Below, piece after piece: positions 41,295-55,537 of a DNA stretch of 64,000 nucleotides (positions are counted from its first letter, which is position 1; the number at the start of each line of letters is the position of its first letter). The notes beneath the pieces are model-generated. The model searched no databases. It worked only from the letters and a program-made list of their open reading frames with translations, and had not been told where the DNA came from. This stretch comes from Octopus sinensis (taxonomy: Eukaryota): assembly GCF_006345805.1 (NCBI RefSeq), contig NC_043021.1, positions 21,638,001 to 21,702,000 of the forward strand, given 5' to 3'. A program made the translations under genes and the position numbers.

Positions 41295-42521
41295 AGTATG
41301 TACTGACCCACACAAACACACATACAACACACACATACCACACACAAATTATCACAGAACAGCCAAGTCAGTAATGAGACAGTCTGTGTATGGTTACTTG
41401 ACTTGCAAGAAATAGCAGCCAAATCTCCAACAGACCTGAGTATTGATTATTGTAAGCCTTGTAAGAAACAAAATGACAACCTCAGAAACAGTAACGTGGG
41501 GTCTTGTCATCTCACCCAAGCTGTTCAAAGGCCACATAATAAGTGTAAGTAGAAAATTCCATAGCCTGTAATCCATCAGAAAAAAAGGGTCTTTGATAAA
41601 TGGCACCTGACTGCAACAAAGCAATCATTTTGATTCTCACTGTTCACTATGCATGTGGTGATTTATTGTAGGTAAGACACTTCTGAAATTAATAGACAGA
41701 CATTTCCCACTGGAGCACAAAAAAGGGAAATTTTTCAATAGGCATACTTCAAGATCACCTATAGCTGCACCCCTAACATGAAACAAAATGATAATATTAC
41801 ATAAATTCACCTCTACTGGTGAGATGAATGCTTATGCAAAAACCTTACGGCATACTTACTAAACTCATCAGGTAACACTGAGGCTATGATTTATGAGGCA
41901 GGGGTTCAAACCTACAGGTGCGAACCATATATAGAAAGGTGTGTGTGTGTGTGTGTGTGTACAACGAATGATAGTAAAAAAGAAGGATTAAAGAGTACTT
42001 GATATTGAAGGTAGAGTATGTTACCTGTTGGTGTTAATCACTATCTCTACCTGCTTTCCAGTTAGTCCCACTCACTTCTATATAATACAGGGTAGCTATG
42101 CATATCCTCTAAAGTGAGGCACTTGTGTTTTGTCCCTCTATCGTGCTTTTTAGCCCCTCAACACCTGGCACACAACTATCTATTACAATCTCAATACACC
42201 ACACCACTTAGTTATGAGGTCTTTTTTCTTTCCTTCTTCCTATTCTTTCTTTTCTTGCAGGTTACTTGATGACCCCTTCCTAGTGCCAGTGGTATGAAAA
42301 AAAAACCCCAAGAAACACTGTTAAGTGATTGACATTAGAAAGGGTATCCCAGCTGCAGAAGCCGTACTAAAGTGGATGTTGGAGTTTGATATAGCTCTAC
42401 AGCTTGCCAGATCCTGTCAAGACATCCCATCCATGCCCGCATAGAAAATAGACATTAGATTATGATGGTGTTTTTCTAATGCCAACATTTCACATTTTCT
42501 AACCTAAAGTTTTAAATCTTT

Positions 42522-42922
42522 AGGAGTGGCTGTGTGGTAAGTAGCTTGTTTACCAACCACATGGTTCCAGGTTCAATCCCACTGCCTGGCACCTTGGGCA
42601 AGTGTCTTCTACTATAGCCTCGGGCTGACCAAAGCCTTGTGAGTGGATTTGGTAGACGGAAACTGAAAAGAAGCCCATCGTATATATGTATATATGTATA
42701 TGCGTGTGTGTGTTTGTGTGTCTGTGTTTGTCCCCCTAGCATTGCTTGACAACCAATGCTGGTGTGTTTATGTCCCCGTTACTTAGCGGTTCGGCAAAAG
42801 AGATCGATAGAATAAGTACTGGGCTTACAAAAGAATAAGTCCCGGGGTGAGTTGCTCGATTAAAGGCGGTGCTCCAGTATGGCCACAGTCAAATGACTGA
42901 AACAAGTAAAAGAGTAAAGAGT
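42522..42922 (+). mobile_element. CORE-type SINE
   Basis: Family match. Confidence 0.85.
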
Positions 42923-43358
42923 ATAGACATAGGTGTTACAAAAACTTAATTCAGGGAAACCAGAATAATAAGGTGGCTTCTGATTGGGTGCAGAAAATAA
43001 ATTGAAAAAGCTAAAGAATTTATGAAAAAAATATGGTAATGGGAAAATCATTATAAAAAGTAATTGATAAAGAAATAAATATTAGTTATGATATGCAATG
43101 GATTTTGGAAGAGGAGAAGAATAAGGAAGATGTCATGGGGGCTTAGATGTGCATATTCACTGCTTAGCAACCGTAAACCAAAGCTGAAAGACCAGTGGCA
43201 CATTCAGAAATATAGTCAAAGAACTGTACCTATTATTAACGATATTTGCATACAAACATATGCATATATACAAACACACATAAACACTTATGTACACATG
43301 CACATAAACAGGTATACACACATATATACTTACAGGTATACACACATATATACTTAGA

Positions 43359-43774
43359 AGGCGGCGAGCTGGCAGAATCGTTAGCATGCCAGGCGAAATG
43401 CATAGCCGTATTTCGTATGTCGTTACGTTCTGAGTTCAAATTCCACCGAGGTCGACTTTGCCTTTCATCCTTTCGGGGGTCGATAAATTAAGTACCAGTT
43501 ACGCATTGGGGTCGATATAATCGACTTAATCCGTTTGTCTGTTCTTGTTGTCCTCTCTGTGTTTAGCCCCTTGTGGGTAGTAAAGAAATAGCGTATTTCG
43601 TCTGCCGTACGTTCTGAGTTCAAATTCCGCCGAGGTCGACTTTGCCTTTCATCCTTTCGGGGTCGATAAATTAAGTACCAGTTACGCACTGGGGTCGATA
43701 TAATCGACTTAATCCATTTCTCTGTCCTTGTTTATCCTCTCTGTGTTTAGCTCCTTGTGGGTAGTAAAGAAATA
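43359..43774 (+). mobile_element. Deu/Nin-domain SINE with tandem duplication of its body
   Basis: Head AGGCGGCGAGCTGGCAGAATCGTTAG. The body (B-box to AAAGAAATA) is repeated at about 43595-43774. Confidence 0.85.
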
Positions 43775-45982
43775 CATATATACTTACCTGTGTATGTATA
43801 AAGAGACATATAGATGTTAAAAAAGAATAATGCAAGAGGTAACAAAATATAATGCCAAGATGGTGGCAGTAAGTAATAGGTGAATAGAGAGTCTTGAAAC
43901 TTGGATATGGAGTATGGCATTACCTGATCTCATTATGGAAGTGTGAAATGAAAATGTGAATGAAGGACAACTCAGAATAACAAGAGCCCAGAATATAAAA
44001 GGATTCATAAACAGTAAGCATATCAAACATATTCCCATCATCAGCTGCCGATCAGATTTCATTATAGCTTTGATACTTGGGCAGTACTATTCACTGTTAA
44101 CCGTATTAAAAATGTAAATACAGCCTGGAAATCAATCAGACTCTATAACACATTCCAAACATAGTTTTCAGTTTCCGTCTACCAAATCCTCTCACAAGGC
44201 TTTGGTCGGCCCGATGTTATAGTAGAAGACACTTGCCCAAGGTGCCATGTGGTGGGACTGATCCCAGAACCATGTGGTTCGTTAGCAAGCTACTTACCAC
44301 ACGGCCACTCATGCATATATTTGTGTGTCTTTGTATTTGTGTCACCCACCCTCCCACTCACCTCTCAGTGTTGATTTGCTTATTTCCTCATAACTTAGCA
44401 GTTCAGCAAAAAGAATCCCCAAAAATGAGGACCAAGCTTAAAAAACCAAATTACTGGTGAGGGGGAATCAATTTTTTTAGACTAAAACCCTCCAAGGGAG
44501 TGCCCCAGCATGGCCATTGTCCAATGACTAAAATGAATCAAAGATGAAAAAAAAAAAAGACGAAAGATAAAAGCTAATTAAATTCATTCTCAGATTATTC
44601 AGCAGCTACTAATTGTAATCAGACTAATTAGGTGCCGAGCAAAAGATATAATATTGAGTAACCATAATCAGCTGCGTTAATATTTCTGTACAAAAATTGG
44701 TTTTAACGAATATTTAGAGAATGGCGGTTATTTTTCGGAAAACAATTTTAATTAATATACTTTTATGTCATATTTGTCTTATTTATTTTTATCTTTTTTT
44801 TTTTAATGTTATTTCCAATTTTTCCTTTTTTATATTTTTTGTTGCTTTTGGTGAGAGTTGCTATGTGGTTGTTGTACATTTTTATTTTTTACTTTTTTAT
44901 TTTTTCCATCTTTTTTGCATTTTGTGTTCTGTAATACATTGAAAGAGGCTCTCAGCATGAAAACAAAAGAAAATTATTAAAAAAAAATTAAAAGCAAAAA
45001 AAAAAATCAATAAAAATACACAGTACACTAACAAGAAAGTAAAATAATATTAAACAGAATATTCTATATATATAATAATTAATTAATAATTAATTATAGA
45101 AATTTTAAGTGTTTTTTTTTTTACTATACAAGACAATTATCATTGTGCGTGTCGGACAAAATAACTTACATCTTGTCACGGCAGGTTGCCTAGTTGGGAA
45201 TTGTTAATGTAAGTTACCATCACATCAAATACTGGTATTAGGAGTTAGGGGAATACGTCTAGACCTAAGTCATCTGCACCAGTAACTCATCAAAAGTGAT
45301 TATTGCTGGTATACAGAGACAACTACTAGTTGTAATGTTGTAGTATAAGCCCAGAGTAGACCTAGGGTCAAAAAGGGTTCTCCCAATCTTTCTGTTTTTT
45401 TAAAAATAATTTTTAATTGTATTACTCTTATACTCTTTTACTTGTTTCAGTCATTTAACTGTGGCCATGCTTGGGCATCGCCTTTAGTCGAGCAAATCAA
45501 CCCCAATATTTATTCTTTGTAAGCCTAGTACTTAATCTATCTGTCTCTTTTGCCAAACCACTAAGTTACATGAACACCACCCTGTACATAACTCCATGTC
45601 CCCCTACATGGCCTTGCTTTTTGCTTTTTGAGCCAAAAAAATTAACTAATTAACTAACTAACATATCATCATCACCATTATCATTTAATGTCTGCCTTCC
45701 ATGCTGGCTTGGGTTGGACGGTTTGACTGGGGCTGACCAGGAAGAAGACCGTACCAGACTTCCGTGTCTGTTTTGGCATGGTTTTTATGGCTGGATGCCC
45801 CTAACACCAACCACCGATTGAGTGCTTTCTATGTGGTACCAGCAGAGGTGAGGTCAGTTACACACACACACAATCATTGCTTAACATCCACTTTCTTTGC
45901 TGGCATGGGTTAGATGGCTTGTCAGGAGCTGACCAGGCAGGCGCCTGCACCAGACTTCTCTGTCTGTTTTGGCATGTTTACA

Positions 45983-46017
<35 letters not shown>

Positions 46018-46063
46018 ATTACTCTCTCCTTGCCTTGAAATTATGTGTTATATGCGAGTGTCA

Positions 46064-46466
46064 CAGGAGTGGCTGTGTGGTAAGTAGCTTGTTTACCAAC
46101 CACATGGTTCCGGGTTCAGTCCCATTGCATGGCGCCTTGGGCAAGTGTCTTCTACTATAGCCTCGGGCTGACCAAAGCCTTGTGAGTGGATTTGGTAGAC
46201 GGAAACTGAAAGAAGCCCGTCGTATATATATATATATATATATATGCGTCTGTTTGTGTGTCTGTGTTTGTTCCCCTAGCATTGCTTGACAGCCGATGCT
46301 GGTGTGTTTATGTCCCCGTAACTTAGTGGTTCGGCAAAAGAGACCGATAGAATAAGTACTGGGCTTACAAAAGAATAAGTCCCGAGGTCAAGTTGCTCGA
46401 TTAAAGGCGGTGCTCCAGCATGGCCACAGTCAAATGACTGAAACAAGTAAAAGAGAAAAAAAAGAG
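46064..46466 (+). mobile_element. CORE-type SINE
   Basis: Family match. Confidence 0.85.
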
Positions 46467-46660
46467 TATGTAAGCCGTGTCCATTCACTTTCATTCATGT
46501 CTGATCAAGTGGAAATATTACCATAACTCAGAAACTGGCAAAGGTTGGTGTTGGGAAGGGCATCCAGCCATAGAAAATTAGCCTCAGCAAATCCCATCTG
46601 ACCCACACAAGCATGAAAAAGTGGACATATGATGATGATGATAATTAGTTATTGCCTTAA

Positions 46661-46882
46661 CCCTTTCGTTACCAACCTGGCTGAAACCGGCCCTAGCTAT
46701 GTAGTACAAATGTCTTGTTTTCATAAGTTTTGAATTAAAATCTTCCACCAAACCTTAGTCACAAATACTGTCCCTAACACCAGCTGAATAATAACGAAGT
46801 TATTTTATTAAATTCTTTGTTACATTTAAAATTAACTGAAAGAAACACAGAGCATCTCAACAGAAATAAGGTAACAAAAGGG
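46661..46882. mobile_element. piggyBac-like MITE, copy 1
   Basis: TTAA|CCCTTTCGTTAC...GTAACAAAAGGG|TTAA. Confidence 0.85.
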
Positions 46883-46913
46883 TTAAAATATATAATAGAG
46901 AAACAATTCTTAA

Positions 46914-47127
46914 CCCTTTCAATACCAACCCGGCTGAAACTGGCTCTGAGTACAACTGTCTTGTTTTCATAAGTTTTGAATTAAAATCTTCCACCAAACC
47001 TTAGTCACAATTTATGTTCCTAATTCTAGTTTAATGATAACTAAGTTATTTTACTAAATTCTTTAGTATATTTAAAATGATTGAGAGAAACACAGAGCAT
47101 CTCAAAATAAATACAGTAACGAAAGGG
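46914..47127. mobile_element. piggyBac-like MITE, copy 2
   Basis: TTAA|CCCTTTCAATAC...GTAACGAAAGGG|TTAA. Same internal sequence as copy 1, diverged. Confidence 0.85.
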
Positions 47128-47149
47128 TTAAAGTCATTTGAAGCAAAAT

Positions 47150-47935
47150 AGGTTCCAAAAACTCCCCACTAGCTTTACCGCTCCTGTTCTTCTGTTCCAG
47201 CCTCAGTTCAGTCACAAAATCACTCCATTCTTTCGGCATTGTTTCCCAACCAAACAGCCTAGGCCTTTCTTCGAATCCAGTTCCTTTGCCTGTCCGTTTT
47301 TATGGTTCAATGTATTAACCAGTCCTCAGGCTCCACAGCATAGTATGTGACCCAGCCATCATCATCATCATCATCAACTCTTTATTATTTCTTCATCTAT
47401 ATATCTGCTAATTTCATTACACCTTCAACCACTTCATTTCTCACAAAATCATACCATTTGATCCTCAAGGTTCTTTGTAACGCTTTATTTTCAAAGCTGA
47501 GATGATTAGCTATAGCTTGAATTTATGCAATAACTCTTCCATACATTTAAATACTTCTTACTAGTGACATATACGGTTCAATTTTCCTATGAATAGCTAA
47601 TTCTGTGTGATTTTCACACATTAGAAAGCATTCACATTACTTCATTTGCCTTCCCGACTCTTTCATTAAATACAGTTTCTAAAGACCCATCTCTTCCTAT
47701 AAAAGTTCCAAGACATTTAAACTTATTCCACTCCTCTTCTATGTGCCCATTTAATGACCCAATTCTTCTATCCAATTGCTTCATCTTCATAATTTTAGAT
47801 TTATTAATGTTTGTCTTTAAGCCCGCATCTTTGCCTGCGTCATCAAGCTTCTCTATCATTCTTTGTAGTCGGGATGTTTCATTATTGAGTAAAACAATAC
47901 AACCAGCTCAATCCAAGAAATTTTTATGTAAATCT
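47150..47935 (-). mobile_element. Decayed RTE RT fragment
   Basis: RLQRMIEKLDDAGKDAGLKTNINKSKIM...FKCLGTFIGRDG...RVGKA, followed by degenerate downstream WLGHI-like sequence. Confidence 0.7.
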
Positions 47936-48084
47936 ATTTAATTCCTTCTCGTCGAACTCTGACAGTTTCCTCCCTCACATAAATATATAAAATTAAGCAG
48001 AAGCACATTTATACACACATAAATATATAAAATATTCTGAAGTGCACACACACACACACACATACACACATACACACATACATC

Positions 48085-48362
48085 ATGTCATTGACCAGAC
48101 AATTGCATGTTGTTATACATCGCTGGTCACAATGCGCTCTGCGTTGTTTTAGCTTTTGAATGATGTCATCCTGCTGGTTAGGTGATTGGGCCAACATTCC
48201 CTCTGATCCGAAGGCTAACCTGTCACTGGGTTACCCATTTACAGCTGAGTGCACTGGAGCAATAGGAAATGGAGTGTTTTGCCCAAGGACACAATGTGCA
48301 GCTAGTCTGAGAATTGAAACCATGATCTCACATTCTGCAACACGCCTGGCTACATGCCCTCA
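48085..48362 (-). mobile_element. Older tRNA-derived SINE with V/Meta-like central domain
   Basis: Reverse complement contains TTGTGTCCTTGGGCAAAACAC...GCTCCAGTGCACTCAGCTGTAAATGGGTAACC. Domain assignment is from memory. Confidence 0.55.
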
Positions 48363-48436
48363 CACACACACACACATACACACAAGCATGAACATAGCTT
48401 TCAAGCTGAAACTAGTTAAAGAGTTGTATATATATA

Positions 48437-48735
48437 CTCGCAGTATTGCCCAGCGTTGCTCGGGTTTGTAAGGGAAATAACTATATAAGCATTTTTAGAG
48501 AGTTACTTCCCTTATATAATAGCAAAAAATGCATTAAAAATGGGAAAAAATGGTAATCTTTTTTTAAAATTGTAGACTCATCGTAGACGCGCGCTAATAC
48601 CCAGAAGGGCTCGATATGAATCACGACTATAAGATACCTGGTTTTGGTTAAACTGCACCGCAAAATGTGGGAGTAGTTAGGAATCTAAATCGTAGGAGAC
48701 AGACACTCACACAACTTGACTTTTAAATATAAAGA
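48437..48735 (-). mobile_element. Non-autonomous Helitron, short form
   Basis: Matches 9419-9720. The terminal CTAG carries one substitution. Confidence 0.8.
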
Positions 48736-48889
48736 TTAGATAATAAAACATATGGTATACACTTGGTAGAAGCACATTTATACACACATAAATATATAAA
48801 ATATTCGGAAGTGCACACACACACACACACACACACATCATGTCATTGACCAGACAATTACATGTTGTTATACATTGCTGCATGTTCAC

Positions 48890-51663
48890 TGGCTCAGTGA
48901 TCGTTGGGTTTTTGATTAATGAGGAAGGTGGAAGATACGAGAATGTTTATTAATCACTACTATTGTTTCGAACCATCCACCATGGGTGGAATACTCAACA
49001 ACTTGTCTAGAAATATCAGTTGGTGTAGATGTGTCTCTTCAGGTGATTATAAGTTATATCACATCAAAATAACAACTGTTCCACAGGATATCTTCTCAGC
49101 GTGTGTATAGAAATTCAGCAAATTAAATGATACAACTTCCTTTTTATATAAGGTCAATAATAAATAACAAATGCAAGAAGTAACGAATGTACAATTCAAC
49201 AAAAAGAGTATTAAATATAACCGTTAACAGATATGGATGTATAAACGTCTTCGCTTAGGTTGTGTGGTGCATGCACAGTCGCTCGTACACACATCCACAA
49301 AGATATAAGCGTACACACATGCATGGTTTGGCGCACATATGCTCACACGGTGTATTAGATAGCTACTTGAGTGTTTATAAGAATGGGGAGGCTAGGGTTA
49401 AATTTAATTTATGCATACATCATCATCATCATCGTTTAACGTCTGTTCTCCATGCTAGCATGGGTTGGACGGTTCGACCAGGGATCTGGGAAGCCAGAAG
49501 GCTGCACCAGGCTCCAGTCTTTTCTGGCAATGTTTCTACAGCTGGATGCCCTTCCTAACGCCAACCACTCCGTGAGTGCAGTGGGTGCTTTTTACGTGCC
49601 ACCCGCACAGGTGCCAGGCAAGGCTGGCAACGGCCACGGTCAGATTGGTGCATTTTTACGTGCCACCGGCATGGAAGCCAGTCGAGGCGGTGCTGGCTTC
49701 GGCCACGATTCGGATGGTGCTTTTTACATGCCACATGATTATTAATTTGGTTAACAATTGTTCAATTTTATTCCCACTGCACTGCGTGAAAGTGCATTTA
49801 TAAGTATGTAAGCATCTTGAGAGTCTTTCAGAAATTCTGTTAATGACCTTCTCATTGGTCAACAAAATAGACAGGGATTCCTTGGAGCAGAGTCTGCATC
49901 TCCTGGAAAGGATATTATATGGTTGTGTGCGCCTCGTTATGGACCAAATTAGATTACATTTTATTTTATTTTCCTTAAGTCGCCACGCAAAATCAGTCAA
50001 AGATACTGAAAACTTCTTGTTGATTTTCTTGAAGGTGATGACATGGTTGCTATAATGATTCTTGAATGAATCAACCATTGCTCTGATGTAAATGTACAGT
50101 CCTCCCCTTATGTGTATAGTACATCTATATATAAGATTCATACTCATACAGAGGTTCATCAATGGGCATTTTGATTTTTTGCTGTATGTGCATTTATCAG
50201 ATTTAGTTGTATATGTGGCAGTTCTGGCTTCCTTTTCCAATGTTGTTACTATGTTGGCTATATCACTATTATTGCTACTGTCCACAGCGGGTGTTTTCCA
50301 TTCTGATTTATAGATCTTTCCTATGTACTTTGATGTATATGTTTGCTGTCTTTTCTGTTTATTAAGCTGGAAGTAGTTGGCACATCATAAGTCATCGTTC
50401 CAGTAGGTGGCTTATTGAATAGTTGGTCCATTTTACTGTTATTAAGGCAGTGTATATGCTGCTCTAAACTAACAGACTTAGCATTTGATATCTTCTCTGT
50501 TTGTCAATTAAAAATGGTGCAGGAGTGGCTGTGTGGTAAGTAGCTTGTTTACCTACCACATGGTTCTGGGTTCAGTCCCACTGCGTGGCACCTTGGGCAA
50601 GTGTCTTCTACTATAGCCTCTGGCCGACCAAAGCTTTGTGAGTGGATTTGGTAGACGGAAACTGAAAGAAACCTGTCGTATATATGTATATATATATGCG
50701 TGTGTGTGTTTGTGTGTCTGTGTTTGTCCCCCTAGCATTGCTTGACAACCGATGCTGGTGTGTTTATGTCCCCGTTACTTAGCGGTTCGGCAAAAAGAGA
50801 CCGATAGAATAAGTACTGGGCTTACAAAAAGAATAAGTCCCGGGGTCGAGTTGCTCGATTAAAGGCGGTGCTCCAGCATGGCCACAGTCAAATGACTGAA
50901 ACAAGTAAAAGAGTAAAAGAGTATGGTGTCTATTTGATTTCAGAAAACATTTGTCTAAAGTGGCAAAAAATACCCAAGCAATCTTCATTGAAACATGGGA
51001 ACCATGGATTAGGCTTTACCAGAGGACGTCGCGGTTCTTATATTTGTCCTTTGGCTTATTTGTTCTGGTGTTTTGTACAGGGTTGGGACAATTTATTGTG
51101 TTATGGGCAGCAGTATTATTGCATTGTGCATATCTATGAGCTTCGGTTCATAGTTTTTTGCCTTGACCAATTCTTTTTGGCCTGTATTTTCAATCTCAGT
51201 TTGTTCGCTTACTGTAAAATTGTGTTGGTGTGTAATGTGTAATATTAGTGTAGGAATTGACAGAGCTGTGTATACCTGTGTCTTGCATGTATTGAAATTT
51301 CTCTCGGTAGCCGGCCCTAGCTAAAGCAGTATTGTAATATGGTGCATGTGATTCAAAAATTTCTTTATTAGCAGATAACCTAGATATTCTTATTGGAATA
51401 TTCCATGCTAATCCCCGTATTACTGAGGGGGGATGGTTGGATGCTACCTTTATATACTTAATATTATCAGCTAGTTTATGAAAGGGTTCAAATCATCCAG
51501 TATCAAGACAGAATGTAATGTCAAGGAAATTTACTCAACGGTAATCTTTTTTTATAGTAATGTCAAGTCCGAAGATCTTAAAAGGTCTAAAGAATTGTTC
51601 CTTATGTCTTTCCAATTGTACTTTGCTACTTCTGTCCAGGAAGAATAGAGCATCATATACATA
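48890..51663 (-). mobile_element. Decayed Penelope-like element (RT C-terminus, GIY-YIG endonuclease, 3' region with HHR), interrupted by a CORE-type SINE (50516-50921) and an RTE-tailed repeat (49418-49734)
   Basis: Minus-strand translation gives FGLDITI...VNFLDITF...SNHPPSVI...ALARAGY; KNRDVLW; KCPLMNLC...LIYRCT...YI...FKNHYSNH...WSI...CRLC.KE...INRISE...RCLH. These are typical PLE RT and GIY-YIG motifs, with several stops and frameshifts. Confidence 0.85.
48951..49049 (-). ncRNA. Type I hammerhead with canonical core and large branched stem II insert
   Basis: UAAUCAC CUGAAGA GA...(~62 nt containing hairpins CAACU/AGUUG and UCCACC/GGUGGA)...UC GAAAC-AAUA-GUA GUGAUUA. Stem I is a perfect 7 bp. 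Predicted cut between 48958 and 48957. Confidence 0.7.
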
Positions 51664-51955
51664 CTATCAGTATCGCCTGGCGTTGCTCGGGTTTGTAAGG
51701 GAAATAACTATATAAGCATTTTTAGAGAGTTATAATAGCAAAAATAATGCATTAAAAATGGAAAAAAAATGATGGTAAATTTTTTTTTTAATCGTAGACT
51801 TATCGTAGACGCGCGCTAATACCCAGAAGGGCTCGATATGAATCACGACTATAAGATACCCACTTTTGGTTAAACTTTCCACAAAATGTGGGAGTAGTTA
51901 GGAATCCAAATCATAGGAGACAAACACCACACAACTTCTCATTTATATATATAGA
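51664..51955 (-). mobile_element. Non-autonomous Helitron, short form
   Basis: Matches 9419-9720. Confidence 0.8.
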
Positions 51956-52250
51956 TATATATACTGGGCTTTTATCATCACCCAAAGTATTAAAAGAAAC
52001 TTGTCCAAGGTGTCATACAATGGTGGAACCAAACTCAAAAGCATGTGGTTCTCATACAAACTTCTTAAACCACACAATCCACCTTGGGCAAATGTCTTCA
52101 ACTATAGCCCCAGGATCAACAAAACCCTGCAAGAGGATTTCATATTCAGAAACTGAACGAAGCTCATTGGATATATACACATACTTATGTACATGTTCGA
52201 TTCTGTGCATGTCTTTGTCTGCACATACCCTTGTCAAAACATTACATAAG

Positions 52251-52654
52251 CACAGGAGTGGCTGTGTGGTAAGTAGCTTGCTTACCAACCACATGGTTCC
52301 GGGTTCAGTCCGACTGCATGGCATCTTGGGTAAGTGTCTTCTGCTATAGCCTCGGGCCGACCAAAGCCTTGTGAGTGGATTTGGTAGATGGAAACTGAAA
52401 GAAGCCTGTCGTATATATGTATATGTATATATGCATGAGTGTGTTTGTGTGTCTGTGTTTGTCCCCCTAGCATTGCTTGACAACTGATGCTGGTGTGTTT
52501 ATGTCCCTGTCACTTAGCAGTTCGGCAAAAGAGACCGATAGAATAAGTACTGGGCTTACAAAGAATAAGTCCCGGGGTCGAGTTGCTCGACTAAAGGCGG
52601 TGCTCCAGCATGGCCACAGTCAACTGACTGAAACAAGTAAAAGAGTAGAGAGAG
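52251..52654 (+). mobile_element. CORE-type SINE
   Basis: Family match. Confidence 0.85.
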
Positions 52655-52963
52655 TATGGTTGTGCATGAGCATCATCATCATACAGGTAAGATTGGTTGT
52701 TCATAATCCTTTGTATAAAAAAAACATGTTTGGTCATAGACAAATATTACCTTGCATGGAAACGAACAAGGATTGGCGAAATGCCGTAGAAAATCTGCTT
52801 CAACAAATTCCGTCTGACCCATGACAGCATGGAAAAGTGAATGCTAAACGATGATAACAATGATATATATACCTCTCCAAACCATTGAAGACAGCAGTAA
52901 CTCTGAATAAAACCGACTCAAGCCATTCAGCTGAGGCCAGCAGGAAAAAGTGGATATAAAATG

Positions 52964-52964
<1 letters not shown>

Positions 52965-53003
<39 letters not shown>

Positions 53004-53244
53004 CAAATATATATATATATATACATACATACAAATATATATATATATACATACATACAAATATATATATATATACACACACACACACATATATATGTAT
53101 GTATGTAAGTATGTATACATATATAAATTTATACACATATATATATACACATATATGTGTGTGTGTGTGTGCGTGTGTGTATGAATGCATGCATATATAT
53201 ATATATATATGCATGCATTTATACACACGCATATATATATTTAT

Positions 53245-53284
<40 letters not shown>

Positions 53285-53424
53285 GTTTAAAGAGACGGAG
53301 GGGAGGAGGAGACTTCTGTGGAAATGCAGACGATGTGAATTGACAACTGCCTCTCAGAAGTCTGATATACATCGGTGTTCTTGCAAGGCCTGCAAACATT
53401 ACACATTGTCTCAAACATTTACTG

Positions 53425-53456
<32 letters not shown>

Positions 53457-54005
53457 GCAATCAAACAGCCCCTCCCCAGCCAGCCGGCCAGCCAACCACC
53501 ATTACGACCACTACTAGTTACATTACGTATTCACAGATGCATATACTAACCGGTGCGCACACATGCACGTGATGCACGCATACACATAAGAATACGCATG
53601 TGCACACAAAGGTTTCAGTTTAATTTCCTGTTGTTAAGCTGACAACGGTAAATGTGTTGATAGACAAACAAGAAGACAAAAAGATGCATACAAGCATAAA
53701 TAAATATACATATATACACCTACGAAAGCATGTATACACACACATACACATATGTATGCATGTACATATATATATACATACATGTATATACACATGAATG
53801 AATATATATATATATATATTGTGTGTGTGTGTATATATATATATATACAAATGTTTATACACACATGTAATATATATATATATAAATGCATATATAAGTG
53901 CATGAAAAAACACACACACACACACACACAAACACACACGCATATATATAATACCTATATCCATATATATTCATATATATATATATGTATATATGTGTGT
54001 ATATA

Positions 54006-54053
<48 letters not shown>

Positions 54054-54127
54054 AACACACACGCATATATATATATATACCTATATCCATATATATTCAT
54101 ATATATATATGTATATATGTGTGTATA

Positions 54128-54172
<45 letters not shown>

Positions 54173-55050
54173 GATATGATGATGGTACATGCAGAAGGCA
54201 TATATGCACAGACATATACATTCAAACATACATACATACATATACAGATAAATGTATATAACGATTTTTTTGTACATGCTGATACATACAGGTATGTATA
54301 TAAATATATGGTTATATATATATGTGTTCATATATATGTCTGAACATATATATATATGCAAACACGACCGCTCATATACATGCATGTGCACATGTGTGTA
54401 TACATCCATAAACATCAGATTTCTGAATCAGTGAGTGCTTAGATGGAACCAAATGGAACAAGTCAAATAGAAATATTGAATCAATGTGTCATTTGGCAAA
54501 ATAATAACATCCAATATATATATAATAATATAATATTTATATTAATATATATATAATAATATATACATATATATATATACATAATAACTATATATAATAT
54601 ACACATACATATATATATACACAACAATACAAATATATGATACATACATATTATACATATATATACATATCATATACTAATAATATATATACATATATAT
54701 AATACATACATATATATATAATACATACTATAAATATACATACATAAATAATATATATATATATATGTTAATATACATATATATATATATTATATATATA
54801 ACATATATATATATACACATAATATATATATACACACATACATAATATATTACATACATATACTATACATATATATACATATATATATACATACATATAT
54901 ATACATATATAAATTATACATACATATATATATACATACATAATATATACATACATATATATATACATATATATATATATTTATATACATATAATTTATA
55001 TATATATATATATATACATATATATACATATATATACATATACACATGCA
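52965..55050. repeat. Cluster of long (TA)/(CA)-rich arrays, including a ~120-bp internal tandem duplication near 53920-54170
   Basis: Directly visible. Confidence 0.9.
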
Positions 55051-55537
55051 TGCATACACACAATAAATGAAATATAAAAAAATTAAATTAATAAATACAG
55101 TTAATTTCACAAAAATTAAGAATACTTTATCTGGCCAAGACCACTGGCTGAGGAACATCTAATATTTAACGACGTAGAAATTACATGTTGGATTGAATCA
55201 GAATTTGGCAATAAAAAACAAAGCTAATTAGTACAAAGTAAATTTGCACAGTTCTGTTTTTTTGTTGTTTCTTTCTGTTTTTTTTAATATTTTTTTATAT
55301 TCCATCATCTCGACAAGAGAACTGATACATCATTGCGAATGTAATTTCCTGCCTCTGTCGTTATATGAGTACATGTATGCATGCACGTGTGTGTGTGTGT
55401 CTGCTGTTGGGAAGCTTGCTACCTAATGTATGGCCTTGTGTTCAATTTCACTGTCCAGCACCTTGACCAATTGCCTTCTCGTATAGCCTTGAGTCGGCCA
55501 AAAGTCTTGCAAGTGTATCTGATAGACAGAAGCCGAG

